Shown here in pieces: positions 8,936 through 18,147 of a stretch of 48,291 nt of DNA (positions within the stretch are counted from its first letter, which is position 1; each line of letters begins with the position of its first letter). A program made the translations under genes and the position numbers. The notes under the pieces are model-generated. The model was not told the DNA's origin. It worked only from the letters and a program-made list of their open reading frames with translations, and ran no database searches. This DNA is from Clostridia bacterium (lineage in GTDB: Bacteria > Bacillota > Clostridia > Oscillospirales > CAG-272), in assembly GCA_900763885.1 (NCBI GenBank), contig CAAFLY010000155.1, forward strand, positions 1 through 48,291, read 5' to 3'.

Positions 8936-10093
8936 ATGCAGTCTGCCCATCCGCGTATCCCGGCAAAATCCATCGGACTCCCCGAGCGCCTCGCCGCCTT
9001 CGTGCAGAAGAACACCGTGCTCTGCATCGCCGCCATTCTCGCTATAATCTCCGCCGTTCTCGTGCCGCCGGACAAAGCCTATCTCGGCTATTTCGATACG
9101 CGCACGCTGACCTGCCTCTTCTGCACACTGGCGATGGTCTGCGCGCTCCGCCATATCCGCTTTTTCACCTGCATCGCGTGCGGCATCATCTCGGTGACGA
9201 AAAATCTCCGCCGTTCGGTCCTCGCCCTTGTGTACATCACCTTCATCGGCTCCATGCTCATCGCGAACGATATGGCGCTGCTCACCTTTCTCCCGCTCGG
9301 CTATATCGTGCTGTCGGAGACCGGGGAGGAGCGGCACATGGCGTACGTCTTTATCCTGCAGAATATCGCTGCCAATCTCGGCGGAATGCTCACCCCCTTC
9401 GGCAATCCGCAGAATCTCTACCTCTACTCCTATTTCGCGATCCCAACCCCGGATTTTCTGCGCGTCATGTTCCCGCCGTTTCTTCTCTCCGTCGCCATGA
9501 TCACCGTCTGCTGTCTCTGCTTCCCCGCCGATTGGCTGACCGTGCGCACGGAAAAAATCGTTCTGCCGCGCCGTCGGACCATCGTCTATCTCGCGCTCTT
9601 TGCCTTCTCCATCGCCATTGTGTTCCGCGCGATCCCGTATTGGCTCGGCCTTGTCGTGATCCCCGTATCCCTGCTCCTTCTCGATCGGCGCGCGCTGTCC
9701 GATGTGGACTATCCCCTTCTCTGCACCTTTGTCTGCTTCTTTGTCTTCTCCGGCAATCTCGCGCGGATCCCGGCGGTGCAGAGCCTTCTGGGCGGACTGC
9801 TCTCCCATTCTCCGCTCGTCGTCTCCGCCCTGTCCTGCCAGTGCATCAGCAACGTGCCCTCGGCGATCCTGCTCTCCCACTTCACGGACAACTGGCGGGA
9901 ATTGCTGCTCGGCGTGAATATCGGCGGCGCGGGCACCATCATCGCCTCCCTCGCCAGCCTGATCACGTTCCGGGAGTTCTCGAGGCACAATCCGGGAAAA
10001 GCCGGCGCGTATCTCGCGAAATTCTCCCTTGTGAACTTCTCGTTTCTCGCGGTTCTGCTCCTGTTCTGCTATGTGCAGACGCGGATGTGGTAA
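8936..10093 (+). CDS. Anion permease (ArsB/NhaD / SLC13-citrate-transporter superfamily)
   Basis: Polytopic membrane protein. Start trimmed to MQSAHPRIPAK. Confidence 0.6.
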   Translation: MQSAHPRIPAKSIGLPERLAAFVQKNTVLCIAAILAIISAVLVPPDKAYLGYFDTRTLTCLFCTLAMVCALRHIRFFTCIACGIISVTKNLRRSVLALVYITFIGSMLIANDMALLTFLPLGYIVLSETGEERHMAYVFILQNIAANLGGMLTPFGNPQNLYLYSYFAIPTPDFLRVMFPPFLLSVAMITVCCLCFPADWLTVRTEKIVLPRRRTIVYLALFAFSIAIVFRAIPYWLGLVVIPVSLLLLDRRALSDVDYPLLCTFVCFFVFSGNLARIPAVQSLLGGLLSHSPLVVSALSCQCISNVPSAILLSHFTDNWRELLLGVNIGGAGTIIASLASLITFREFSRHNPGKAGAYLAKFSLVNFSFLAVLLLFCYVQTRMW

Positions 10094-10103
10094 AATCCAC
10101 GCG

Positions 10104-10160
10104 CGAAAAAAAGGATCCGTCCGGTCCCGTCTGTGGGGGTCGGATGGATCCTTCTTTTGT
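10104..10160. terminator. Bidirectional terminator (permease / hydrogenase operon)
   Basis: Long hairpin AAGGATCCGTCCGG ... TCGGATGGATCCTT (10111-10152), flanked by an A-run and a T-rich run. Confidence 0.75.
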
Positions 10161-10168
10161 TCTGGTTT

Positions 10169-10261
10169 TAAGGATGCTCTGAATAAATCGGGTTTTTGCG
10201 ATAAAAGGCTGAAATATAGGGGCTTTTATCGCAAAAATAACCTGAAATCAGAGTTTCCTTA
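10169..10261 (-). repeat. 93-nt nested-palindromic stop-codon-associated element, copy A
   Basis: Near-identical to 32593-32685 and 39181-39273. Sense orientation is on the minus strand. Its terminal TAA (10261-10259) is the hydrogenase stop codon. Confidence 0.9.
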
Positions 10262-11686
10262 GTCCTTCAGCATGGAAATCGCGTCGGTGATCGTCTTTTC
10301 ATACGCCTTTTTGCCGTATTTATCGACCTCCGCCTTGTTCTTTTCGCCATGCGTCAGACAGCCCGCGCCGCCGATACAGCCGCCGATACACGCCATGCCC
10401 TCGATGAAATTCGCGTCGAGGAGATTTTTGCTCTTTTTCAGCAGCGCGATCCGGCACTCCTCGATCCCGTCGCAGGCGCACGGCTTGAGCTCAAAATCGG
10501 TGATCCCGTGTTCCTTGAGTCCCTCGGCGACGGCATCGGAAAGACCACCGCAGCGTGCGAAAATCCGGCCGAAATAGGACGCGTTGTCCAGCACGCCCTC
10601 ATCGAGTGTGGTGATGTCCAGATCGCGGCTGTCAAAGAGCGCCTGCAGCTCCTCGAACGTCATGGCGACGTCCACCCACGGCTTGACGGAATCCTTCTGG
10701 ACCTCCATCTTTTTGGCGGTGCAGGGTCCGATGAAGATCGTCCTGCAGGGGGCCTCGTGTTCCTTGATGTATCTCGCGATCGCCCCCATCGGAGACAGAT
10801 TGTGCGACACGAGGGGCAGCAGCTGCGGGAACGCCTTCTCGACATAGGCGACAAACGCCGGGCAGCAGGAGCTGGTCAAAAAGCCCTTCTCGGCAAGCTC
10901 CTCCGATTCCGCGTAGGCGACCATATCCGCGCCGAGTGCCGCCTCAACGACGGTGTGGAACCCCAGCTCCCGCAGGCCGGTGATGACCTGTCCGAGCTTG
11001 GCGTAGGTGAACTGGCTGGAAATGGACGGCGCGACGATGGCGTAGACCTTGTAATTCCGGTTTTCGTCGCTGTTTTTCAAAATGTCGATCGCGTCCAGTA
11101 TGTAGGACTTGTCGGAGATCGCGCCGAACGGACACTGGTACACGCACGCGCCGCAGGAGATGCACTTGTCGTTGTCGATCGCCGCGGCCTTGTCCTCGTT
11201 CATCTTGATCGCCTTGATCTTGCACGCGTTTTCGCACGGACGCTTCCGGCTGATGATCGCGGTATACGGGCAGACCTTCGCGCACGCGCCGCATTCCTTG
11301 CATTTCGTTTTGTCGATGTGTGCCACGTGATTCTGGTCAAAGGTCAGCGCGCCGAACCGACAGGCGTCCTCGCAGCGATGCGCCAGACAGCCGCGGCAGG
11401 CGTTCGTCACCTCGTAGCCGCCCATCGGACATTCGTCGCAGGCGGTTTCGATGACCTCGATGACGTTCGGGTTGTTCCGGTCTCCGCCCATCGCGAGCTT
11501 GACGCGGTCGCCGAGAATCGCGCGTTCTTTATAGACACAGCAGCGCATGGTCGGTGTTTTTCCGGGGACGATCAGCTTCGGGATGTCCATGACGTTTTCC
11601 GCAAGCGTGCCGTTCCACGCGAACCGTGCGACCTCGCGCAAAACCTTGTATTTCAGGTGCTGAACCTTGGTATCAAATTTTCTCAT
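10259..11686 (-). CDS. [FeFe] hydrogenase, group-B-like monomeric type
   Basis: N-terminal Cys-rich / two 4Fe-4S ferredoxin motifs (CKECGACAKVCP, CISCGACVYQCP). H-cluster motifs TSSCCP, GPCTAKK and EGMACIGGCIGGAG. Confidence 0.85.
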   Translation of the reverse strand: MRKFDTKVQHLKYKVLREVARFAWNGTLAENVMDIPKLIVPGKTPTMRCCVYKERAILGDRVKLAMGGDRNNPNVIEVIETACDECPMGGYEVTNACRGCLAHRCEDACRFGALTFDQNHVAHIDKTKCKECGACAKVCPYTAIISRKRPCENACKIKAIKMNEDKAAAIDNDKCISCGACVYQCPFGAISDKSYILDAIDILKNSDENRNYKVYAIVAPSISSQFTYAKLGQVITGLRELGFHTVVEAALGADMVAYAESEELAEKGFLTSSCCPAFVAYVEKAFPQLLPLVSHNLSPMGAIARYIKEHEAPCRTIFIGPCTAKKMEVQKDSVKPWVDVAMTFEELQALFDSRDLDITTLDEGVLDNASYFGRIFARCGGLSDAVAEGLKEHGITDFELKPCACDGIEECRIALLKKSKNLLDANFIEGMACIGGCIGGAGCLTHGEKNKAEVDKYGKKAYEKTITDAISMLKD

Positions 11687-11777
11687 ATGGGGAATGTGCC
11701 TCCTAAATTACAATACAATCAATCGACGTGGTGTACGCGGCGCCGCCGGGGATCGCGTGTCGGCCCGTGTGTCCGGC

Positions 11778-12017
11778 TCAGAGCTTGGCGACAACGGCGG
11801 TTTCAAAGAATGCCGGCACGGTATCGGGGCTGACGGAATAAAATTCGTCGTCCACGGTCACACATACGCCCTTTTGACATTGTCCCATACAGAACGTACC
11901 CGCAAGCTCCACGCGGTCGCCGAGATCCTTTTGGCGAATCAGCTCCTGCAGCTGCTCCACCACCTGACGGGAGCCTTTGATATGGCAGGATGAGCCAATA
12001 CATACAGTGATTTTCAT
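11778..12017 (-). CDS. Thioredoxin-like [2Fe-2S] ferredoxin
   Basis: 79 aa with CX4C ... CX3C (C6, C11, C43, C47). Lies directly upstream of the hydrogenase. Confidence 0.7.
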   Translation of the reverse strand: MKITVCIGSSCHIKGSRQVVEQLQELIRQKDLGDRVELAGTFCMGQCQKGVCVTVDDEFYSVSPDTVPAFFETAVVAKL

Positions 12018-12074
12018 GAAATTTTGTCCTTTCTTCCTTGGTTTGATTGTACGTGTGCAATATATGAAATTTGC

Positions 12075-12812
12075 TTATTCACTCAAAAACGGGGTTAGGA
12101 ACGCGCGCGTATCCGCGTTGGCGTGTACATAGCGCACGACGGCGGCGAGCGGCAGATACAACCGCACATTTCTCTCGCCCGTGACCTCCTCGTAACGCGT
12201 GAGATAGGCGTCGGCAAACGCGCGTCCGTCACTGCGGCAGAGGAGCAGATACGTGCAGGCGGCGTCCATGGCGGGATTGCCGTGCGTGGCGTGGGACCAG
12301 TCGAGGATCCGGTAGCCGTCCCCCCCGGTCAGCACCACATTGGTCGGATCGAGGTCTCCGTGGCAGATCCTGTCCCCGTCGGTATCCAGTGCGGATTGCC
12401 GCCGACGGAGCCATTCCTTTTCCCGCTCGGGCAGCTGGGCAGCCGCGATGGACTGCGCCACCGTATCGCGCAGAGCGGGCAGGGCGGGACAGACGGAGTT
12501 GTGGATATGCTCCCCGATCCGGACAAAGGACGCGAGATAATTGACGCGCTGCTCCGGCAAATCGGCGTCCATCCTCTGGCGCATGGCGGTGCCATGTACG
12601 TATTCGGTGACAATCGTCCACCTGCCGTCCCAGATCGTCACGGAGAGCAGACGCGGCACCGGCAGTCCCACCTCGGATACGCTGGCAAGAAGCTGGGCTT
12701 CCCGCAGCACCTGAGAGGCGGAATACGCGTCGCTGAACACCTTGAAGCAGCGGTCGCCGTCGCGGTATACCGTTTTGTCGTTCCGCACCGCAATGATTCT
12801 GTCAAGCCGCAT
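12075..12812 (-). CDS. Phosphotransferase (APH / choline-kinase) family protein
   Basis: Catalytic segment HGDLDPTNVVL ... ILDWSHA. Confidence 0.7.
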   Translation of the reverse strand: MRLDRIIAVRNDKTVYRDGDRCFKVFSDAYSASQVLREAQLLASVSEVGLPVPRLLSVTIWDGRWTIVTEYVHGTAMRQRMDADLPEQRVNYLASFVRIGEHIHNSVCPALPALRDTVAQSIAAAQLPEREKEWLRRRQSALDTDGDRICHGDLDPTNVVLTGGDGYRILDWSHATHGNPAMDAACTYLLLCRSDGRAFADAYLTRYEEVTGERNVRLYLPLAAVVRYVHANADTRAFLTPFLSE

Positions 12813-12885
12813 ATTCCCACTCCCTTCCCGGATGGCGCATTGTGTATCGGTCGTTATGCCTGTATCCTCCCTGCGGCTCCGTTTC

Positions 12886-13812
12886 TCAACGGATCGTCTC
12901 CCGTTTGACGCGGATCAGGCACTCAATAAAGGCGTTGTCGAGCGGCGTCAGGGTGTAGTCCTTCCGATGGATGAACACGTCCTTATATACACCGCGATCC
13001 GCCGCGCATTCTCTCTCCACCAGTCCGTACCGATCGAGCATGGACTTGGGCAGCGGGGACACCCACATAAAGGTATCGGGATTTTCCGCGAGGAGCGAAA
13101 GCTGGCTGGCGCGCTCAAAAACGTAGATCCGCCGTCCGGATGGCTCAAAGGCGTCCTCCTTTTTGCCGTCCTCAATGGGCAGCGAGGGAACGGACGGATC
13201 GGCGTGCGCGATCTCCATGTACCGGCGCAGAGCATCGTAGGTGATCGTCTCCAATGCGGCAAGCGGACTGTCGGCGCGCATCAGAAGCACATAGCGAAAC
13301 TCCGTGACAAGCACGCCGGTCAGCTCCTTTTCCTCCATCAGCGAACGATAATAGCGGTCGTTGTCCTCGGAAAAGCGGATGATCCCGAGCCGGTAATCCT
13401 CCTTCTGCACGTTTTTGATCGTCTGGATGGAATTGGTCTCGCGATAGAACAGCTCCGCCTCCTCGTCCTCCGCAATCCCGCGGGAGAAGTGCGCGAACGC
13501 CTCGGCAATATAGCTGGCGCGCGGTACGGATAAGGAAAACCGCTTCCGGCTGACATCCCCCCGGGAGAACATCTCCTCCACGGCGTCCACCTGCTTGAGG
13601 ATCGTGCGGGCATAACGGATGAACACCTCCCCGTCCGGCGTGAGCGTCATTCCCCGTGCGCTGCGGTCGAACAGGGTCACGCCGAGCGAGGATTCCAGCT
13701 CCTTGATGGCACGGCTGAGCGCGGATTGACCGACATAGAGCTTCTCCGCCGCTTTGTTGATAGAGCTTGTTTCCGCGATTTCCACGGCGTACTTCATATG
13801 CAGAAGATTCAT
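12886..13812 (-). CDS. LysR-family transcriptional regulator
   Basis: Start trimmed to MNLLHMKYAVEIAETSSINKAAEKLYVGQSALSRAIKELE (wHTH), followed by a substrate-binding domain. Confidence 0.85.
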   Translation of the reverse strand: MNLLHMKYAVEIAETSSINKAAEKLYVGQSALSRAIKELESSLGVTLFDRSARGMTLTPDGEVFIRYARTILKQVDAVEEMFSRGDVSRKRFSLSVPRASYIAEAFAHFSRGIAEDEEAELFYRETNSIQTIKNVQKEDYRLGIIRFSEDNDRYYRSLMEEKELTGVLVTEFRYVLLMRADSPLAALETITYDALRRYMEIAHADPSVPSLPIEDGKKEDAFEPSGRRIYVFERASQLSLLAENPDTFMWVSPLPKSMLDRYGLVERECAADRGVYKDVFIHRKDYTLTPLDNAFIECLIRVKRETIR

Positions 13813-13990
13813 ACGCGCTTCCTTTCGATATACCGTTTCCCTATTGAAACAGACATAGGCATGCAATGATAGTATACCACATCTGTGTGAAAAAATAAAG
13901 GGGTATGGGAAGAAAAAATCGTTTTTTGCCAAACACGCGGATATGCAAAAAAAGAATACCGCCCATTCCGAAAAGAGATACCCCGCCACG

Positions 13991-14036
13991 GACAAAAAAA
14001 CGGAAAAAGCCGCGGCTGTCCGAAAACAGTCACGGC
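13991..14036 (-). terminator. Intrinsic terminator downstream of the CBM9-like gene
   Basis: Minus-strand hairpin GCCGTGACTGT / ACAGCCGCGGC followed by TTTTTCCGTTTTTTT. Confidence 0.65.
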
Positions 14037-14132
14037 CTTCTCCGGTTCGTAAGATGTCAACCCGGATGGAATAAGACAGAAACAGCGCGAAAGGAAAACG
14101 CTGTCCCGTAGGTTGCAGAAGGATGCGGGAAT

Positions 14133-14957
14133 TTATCTCTTCTTCGTGAGAGAATACCCGGCTGCGGAAACCACGGCGGCGATGACCGCGATCACACCCG
14201 CGTCAAAGGTCTTCGGGGCGATGGTTACGGTCTCGGCAGCGGCGTTGTCCACCACTTCCGGCGCGGCTTCGGTTTCCGGCTCCGGCTCTACGTACTTTTC
14301 GCCGGAGAGGGTGAGCTTGTCCATATTTTCGTCGGCAGCGGACCATTCCGCGGTCTGATCCGGTCCGGTAAAGGTCTGGAATTCACGGGAAGAGGCGTCG
14401 CCGTCGTTATCGTCATTGACACCCACGCAGAAGTCGATCACAGCGCCTTCCTTGGCGGTGTAATCCGAACCCCACGGGATCGCGACCTCGACGGTGTAGC
14501 CGTAATCGGTGATGGTGAACGCGAACGGCGCGTCGTCCATATTGTTCTCTCTGTGCATACCGCCGCCTGCCCATGCCGTAAAGTGCGGACCCATGGTGTA
14601 CTGTGCGGCATTGATGTCGGTGATGGCGCCGTATTCGCCGGAGAGATTGATGTAGTACTCCACGCAGTCGTTCGACCAGATGCTGGTAACGTCGGCTTCC
14701 GGAGTAACGGCGCTGTCCACAACCTCAGTATAGAGATACAGATACTCGTCGTCCCACGCGGCCCATGTCGTACCCAGAGCGGCGCCGTCTTCAATATCGT
14801 AATTGGAAACGATCGGCCCGGAAACGTATGCGAGATCCTTCACGCCGTCCACTACACAGGTGCCAAAGGACGCGGTGAACTGATTGACAGCGGACGCGGA
14901 AACCGCAAGCCCCACCAAAAGGAGTGTCGCCATGGTCAGTGCGAATAGCTTTTTCAT
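14133..14957 (-). CDS. Secreted, membrane-anchored CBM9 / DOMON-like carbohydrate-binding protein
   Basis: Signal peptide MKKLFALTMATLLLVGLAVSASA, a CBM9-like body, a PEPETE linker and a C-terminal hydrophobic helix plus KKR. Confidence 0.6.
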   Translation of the reverse strand: MKKLFALTMATLLLVGLAVSASAVNQFTASFGTCVVDGVKDLAYVSGPIVSNYDIEDGAALGTTWAAWDDEYLYLYTEVVDSAVTPEADVTSIWSNDCVEYYINLSGEYGAITDINAAQYTMGPHFTAWAGGGMHRENNMDDAPFAFTITDYGYTVEVAIPWGSDYTAKEGAVIDFCVGVNDDNDGDASSREFQTFTGPDQTAEWSAADENMDKLTLSGEKYVEPEPETEAAPEVVDNAAAETVTIAPKTFDAGVIAVIAAVVSAAGYSLTKKR

Positions 14958-15127
14958 GATGCTTACCTCATTTCTCGGAAGATCCGGAATCATAGTCGAT
15001 GCTCACATCGCTGACTCTATTATAACGGAGAGAAGAGGGATTGTCAACCGTTCCGCCGCAATAGTGACAAGCCAAACTATTCGCTGAAATTTTGTGCACT
15101 TTGCCCTTAAGCAGCTTTGGCGTCCGG

Positions 15128-15955
15128 TCACAGACGGTTTTGCGTCGCCTCCCGATATTCACCCGGCGTCATGCCCGTTGCCGCGCGGAAGACCCGATGG
15201 AAGTAGATCGCGGAATGGAACCCGTTTCTGGCGGCGATCTTCTCGACGCTGTCCTCCGTCGCCCGCAGATCCCACGCCGCGCACGCGATCCGCCGCTCAT
15301 TCCGATACCGGACCGGCGTCGTCCCCAACGCGGCACGGAACAGGTGATAGAGGTGGGACGGGCTGACGCATACCGCCTGCGAAAGGGTCTCCATATCGAA
15401 ATCCATGGCGAGATGGCTGTCGATGTACGCCACGGCATCCCGCAGAAGCGTGCTGTAGAGCACAGGCGGCGCGGTGATCAGATGGGGCAGCGCGTCGGCG
15501 TAAAAGGCGTAATACAGTCCGATGGCGCGCACCCGGTCGATCCGAGCCTGCTCCGGGGATTTGCCGCGGTCGCAGAACAGGGTGTAGATCCGGGAAAAGA
15601 GCGCACCGGTCGCAGGCACGGACAATTCTCCCACTCGCTGCACCGTATAGCGGTCGTTGTTCGCCATGTCGATCCGCTTGGAGACGATCCGCAGCGCGAT
15701 ATAGGAGATGCCGTCCGTGCCGTTCCAGAAGAGGTGTTCCCCGCTGTTCTCCGGCAGATACAGCACGTCCCCCGTGCCCACATGGAGGCGGGTCTGTGCC
15801 GATTGGACCGTCGCCTCTCCCGCGTACAGATAGAGAAACCGCGTATCCTCCCGCTCCGACGGCAGCTCCACCCGGTGACGCTCGGACGTTTCGTACCGTT
15901 CCACGCGCAGATCCGTCATACAGAGGTGTTTTTCGTAGATCTCATGCGTTTCCAT
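15128..15955 (-). CDS. AraC-family transcriptional regulator
   Basis: Cupin-like N-terminus and a C-terminal double HTH (SPSHLYHLFRAALGTTPVRY ... IAARNGFHSAIYFHRVFR). Confidence 0.85.
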   Translation of the reverse strand: METHEIYEKHLCMTDLRVERYETSERHRVELPSEREDTRFLYLYAGEATVQSAQTRLHVGTGDVLYLPENSGEHLFWNGTDGISYIALRIVSKRIDMANNDRYTVQRVGELSVPATGALFSRIYTLFCDRGKSPEQARIDRVRAIGLYYAFYADALPHLITAPPVLYSTLLRDAVAYIDSHLAMDFDMETLSQAVCVSPSHLYHLFRAALGTTPVRYRNERRIACAAWDLRATEDSVEKIAARNGFHSAIYFHRVFRAATGMTPGEYREATQNRL

Positions 15956-15999
15956 GCGCAAATCCTCCCGAAAAAAGCAGAATCGTTTATATATACGGC

Positions 16000-16039
16000 A
16001 GTATAGCATATGGCGCGTGGTTTGTCAATATGCTATACT
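16000..16039. promoter_or_regulatory. Divergent promoter pair built on a perfect 12-bp inverted repeat
   Basis: AGTATAGCATAT (16000-16011) and ATATGCTATACT (16028-16039). Each arm presents TATACT as a -10 box, one toward araC and one toward the oxidoreductase genes. Confidence 0.5.
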
Positions 16040-16088
16040 TTGTATAACGGAAAAAAGGAATGACACAGCCGCAAAGGAGGCAGAAAAT

Positions 16089-17093
16089 ATGGCGAAACTT
16101 CGTGTGGCACAGATCGGCGTCGGCCACGATCACGCGTCCGGCTTTATGGACACCATGCGCCGCATGCCGGAGACGTATGAGGTCGTCGGCGTATGCGCGG
16201 AATCGACGGAATATGAAGGGCTGCTCCGGACAAACCCATGCTATGACGGCATTCCGCGCCGCGATCGTGACGACATCCTGGGAGACGGCTCCATTGACGC
16301 GATCCTTGTGGAGACGGAGGAGCATTCCCTCGTTCCAAACACGCTTCTGGCGATCGGGGCGGGCTTCCCGGTGCACATGGACAAGCCCGGCGGCGAGGAG
16401 CTCTCCGCGTTCACGGAGATGGTACGGCGCGCGGAGGCAAAACGGCTGCCGTTCCAGATGGGCTATATGTACCGATACAACCCGGCGGTGCGTATGGCGG
16501 AAAAAATGGCGCGGGACGGAGAGCTGGGGGACATCATCGCCGTGGACGCGCAGATGAGTGTTCGCCATCCCCCGGAAAAGCGCGCGTGGCTGAACCGGTT
16601 CCGCGGCGGGATGATGTTCTTTCTCGGCTGCCATCTCGTCGACATGATCTACCGCTTCCAGGGGATCCCGCTCTCCGTCACGCCGATGAACCGGCACACC
16701 CGGACCGAGGGGATCGACTGCCCGGACTATGGCTTTGCCGTATTCGATTACGGGCGCGGCATCTCCTTCGCGAAAACGAGCGCGGCGGAGGTCAACGGTT
16801 TTGACCGGCGGCAGCTTGTCATCACGGGCACGAAGGCGTCTGTGGAGCTCAAGCCCTTTGAATACTACGTGAAAGGCGGCATGACGACCGGGATGAAGGT
16901 CACGCGCCACGAGCCGGGGAAGGAATGGCGCGACAACGGGGAAACGGTGGCGCTTCCGCCGATCGGACGGTACGACAAAATGATGGAGGAGTTTGCCGCC
17001 GCGGTGCGCGGGGATATGGCACTGCCCTACACGTACCAGAGCGAAATCGACGTGCAGAAAATGGTGCTCGAGGCGTGCGGCATTCCGGTATAA
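16089..17093 (+). CDS. Gfo/Idh/MocA-family oxidoreductase
   Basis: Start MAKLRVAQIGVGHDHA preceded by AAGGAGG. Rossmann N-terminus typical of the family. Confidence 0.8.
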   Translation: MAKLRVAQIGVGHDHASGFMDTMRRMPETYEVVGVCAESTEYEGLLRTNPCYDGIPRRDRDDILGDGSIDAILVETEEHSLVPNTLLAIGAGFPVHMDKPGGEELSAFTEMVRRAEAKRLPFQMGYMYRYNPAVRMAEKMARDGELGDIIAVDAQMSVRHPPEKRAWLNRFRGGMMFFLGCHLVDMIYRFQGIPLSVTPMNRHTRTEGIDCPDYGFAVFDYGRGISFAKTSAAEVNGFDRRQLVITGTKASVELKPFEYYVKGGMTTGMKVTRHEPGKEWRDNGETVALPPIGRYDKMMEEFAAAVRGDMALPYTYQSEIDVQKMVLEACGIPV

Positions 17094-17105
17094 GGAGAGG
17101 ACAGC

Positions 17106-18125
17106 ATGGAAACAAAACAGATCATCTTTACGAAAATCAACACGGCGGAGCTGTGCGACGTGCCGGTATACGAGCCCGGAGACGGTCAGGTGCTTGTGAA
17201 AATGGCGTACACTGCCATCAGCCGCGGAACGGAGCGGGCGAACATCACAGGCGACCCCAACATCAGCATATTCGACGGCGGCGCCGCCACGGTCCATTTT
17301 CCGCGTGCGCTCGGCTACAGCGGCTCCGGCATTGTCGAAAAAACCGGCGCGGGGGTGCGCGGTGTAAAGGTCGGCGATCGGGTGGCGGTCCTGAACAGTC
17401 AGCATCGCGGGTACTGCACCGTACACGGGAATCAGGTGATCCCGATCCGGTATGATGACGTGTCTCTGGAGGAGGCGGCGTTTTCGTATATCTGCACGTT
17501 CCCTCTCGCCGCGGTCCGGAAAACGCGTGTGGAGCTGGGCGAGGCAGCGATCGTGATGGGACAGGGGATCCTCGGCGCAATGGCGGTCCAGTTTCTCCAC
17601 GCGGCGGGCGCGTATCCCGTGATCGCAGCGGACCCTGTGCCATCCCGGCGTGATTTCGCTCTCACCATCGGCGCGGATCTCGCTCTGGATCCCACGGACG
17701 CGGATTTTGCCGCACAGGTGAAGGAGAGCACGCAGGGCGGCTGCAACGCGGCGATCGAGGTCAGCGGACAGGGGAAAGCTCTCGACACCGTCCTCGACTG
17801 CATGGCGAAATGCGGCAGAGTGGCACTGCTCGGCTGTACCCGCGATCCGAACTTCACCATCGACTACTACCGCAAGATTCACGGCCCCGGCATCACCTTG
17901 ATCGGCGCGCATACCTTGGCCAGGCCGGACACGGAATCCCACCCCGGCTGGTGGACCCACCGGGACGACATCCGCGCGACCCTCGCGCTCCAGCACGGCG
18001 GACGGATCCACATCGACCGGATCCTCTCGGAGATCCACGACCCCACCGAAGCGCAGTCCGTATACGACCGCGTGATCGGAGAACGGGATTTCCCGCAGGG
18101 CGTGCTGTTCCGGTGGAATATATAA
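17106..18125 (+). CDS. Medium-chain (zinc-type) alcohol dehydrogenase family protein
   Basis: GroES-like N-terminal domain plus Rossmann segment IVMGQGILGAMAVQF. Confidence 0.75.
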   Translation: METKQIIFTKINTAELCDVPVYEPGDGQVLVKMAYTAISRGTERANITGDPNISIFDGGAATVHFPRALGYSGSGIVEKTGAGVRGVKVGDRVAVLNSQHRGYCTVHGNQVIPIRYDDVSLEEAAFSYICTFPLAAVRKTRVELGEAAIVMGQGILGAMAVQFLHAAGAYPVIAADPVPSRRDFALTIGADLALDPTDADFAAQVKESTQGGCNAAIEVSGQGKALDTVLDCMAKCGRVALLGCTRDPNFTIDYYRKIHGPGITLIGAHTLARPDTESHPGWWTHRDDIRATLALQHGGRIHIDRILSEIHDPTEAQSVYDRVIGERDFPQGVLFRWNI

Positions 18126-18147
18126 GACTACAGGAGGATACCAGCCT

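Noticed and set aside
8863-10182. 439-aa alternative-frame ORF overlapping the permease gene on the same strand.
   Set aside because: Arg/Pro-rich and not membrane-like, whereas the 8936-10093 frame encodes regular hydrophobic helices.
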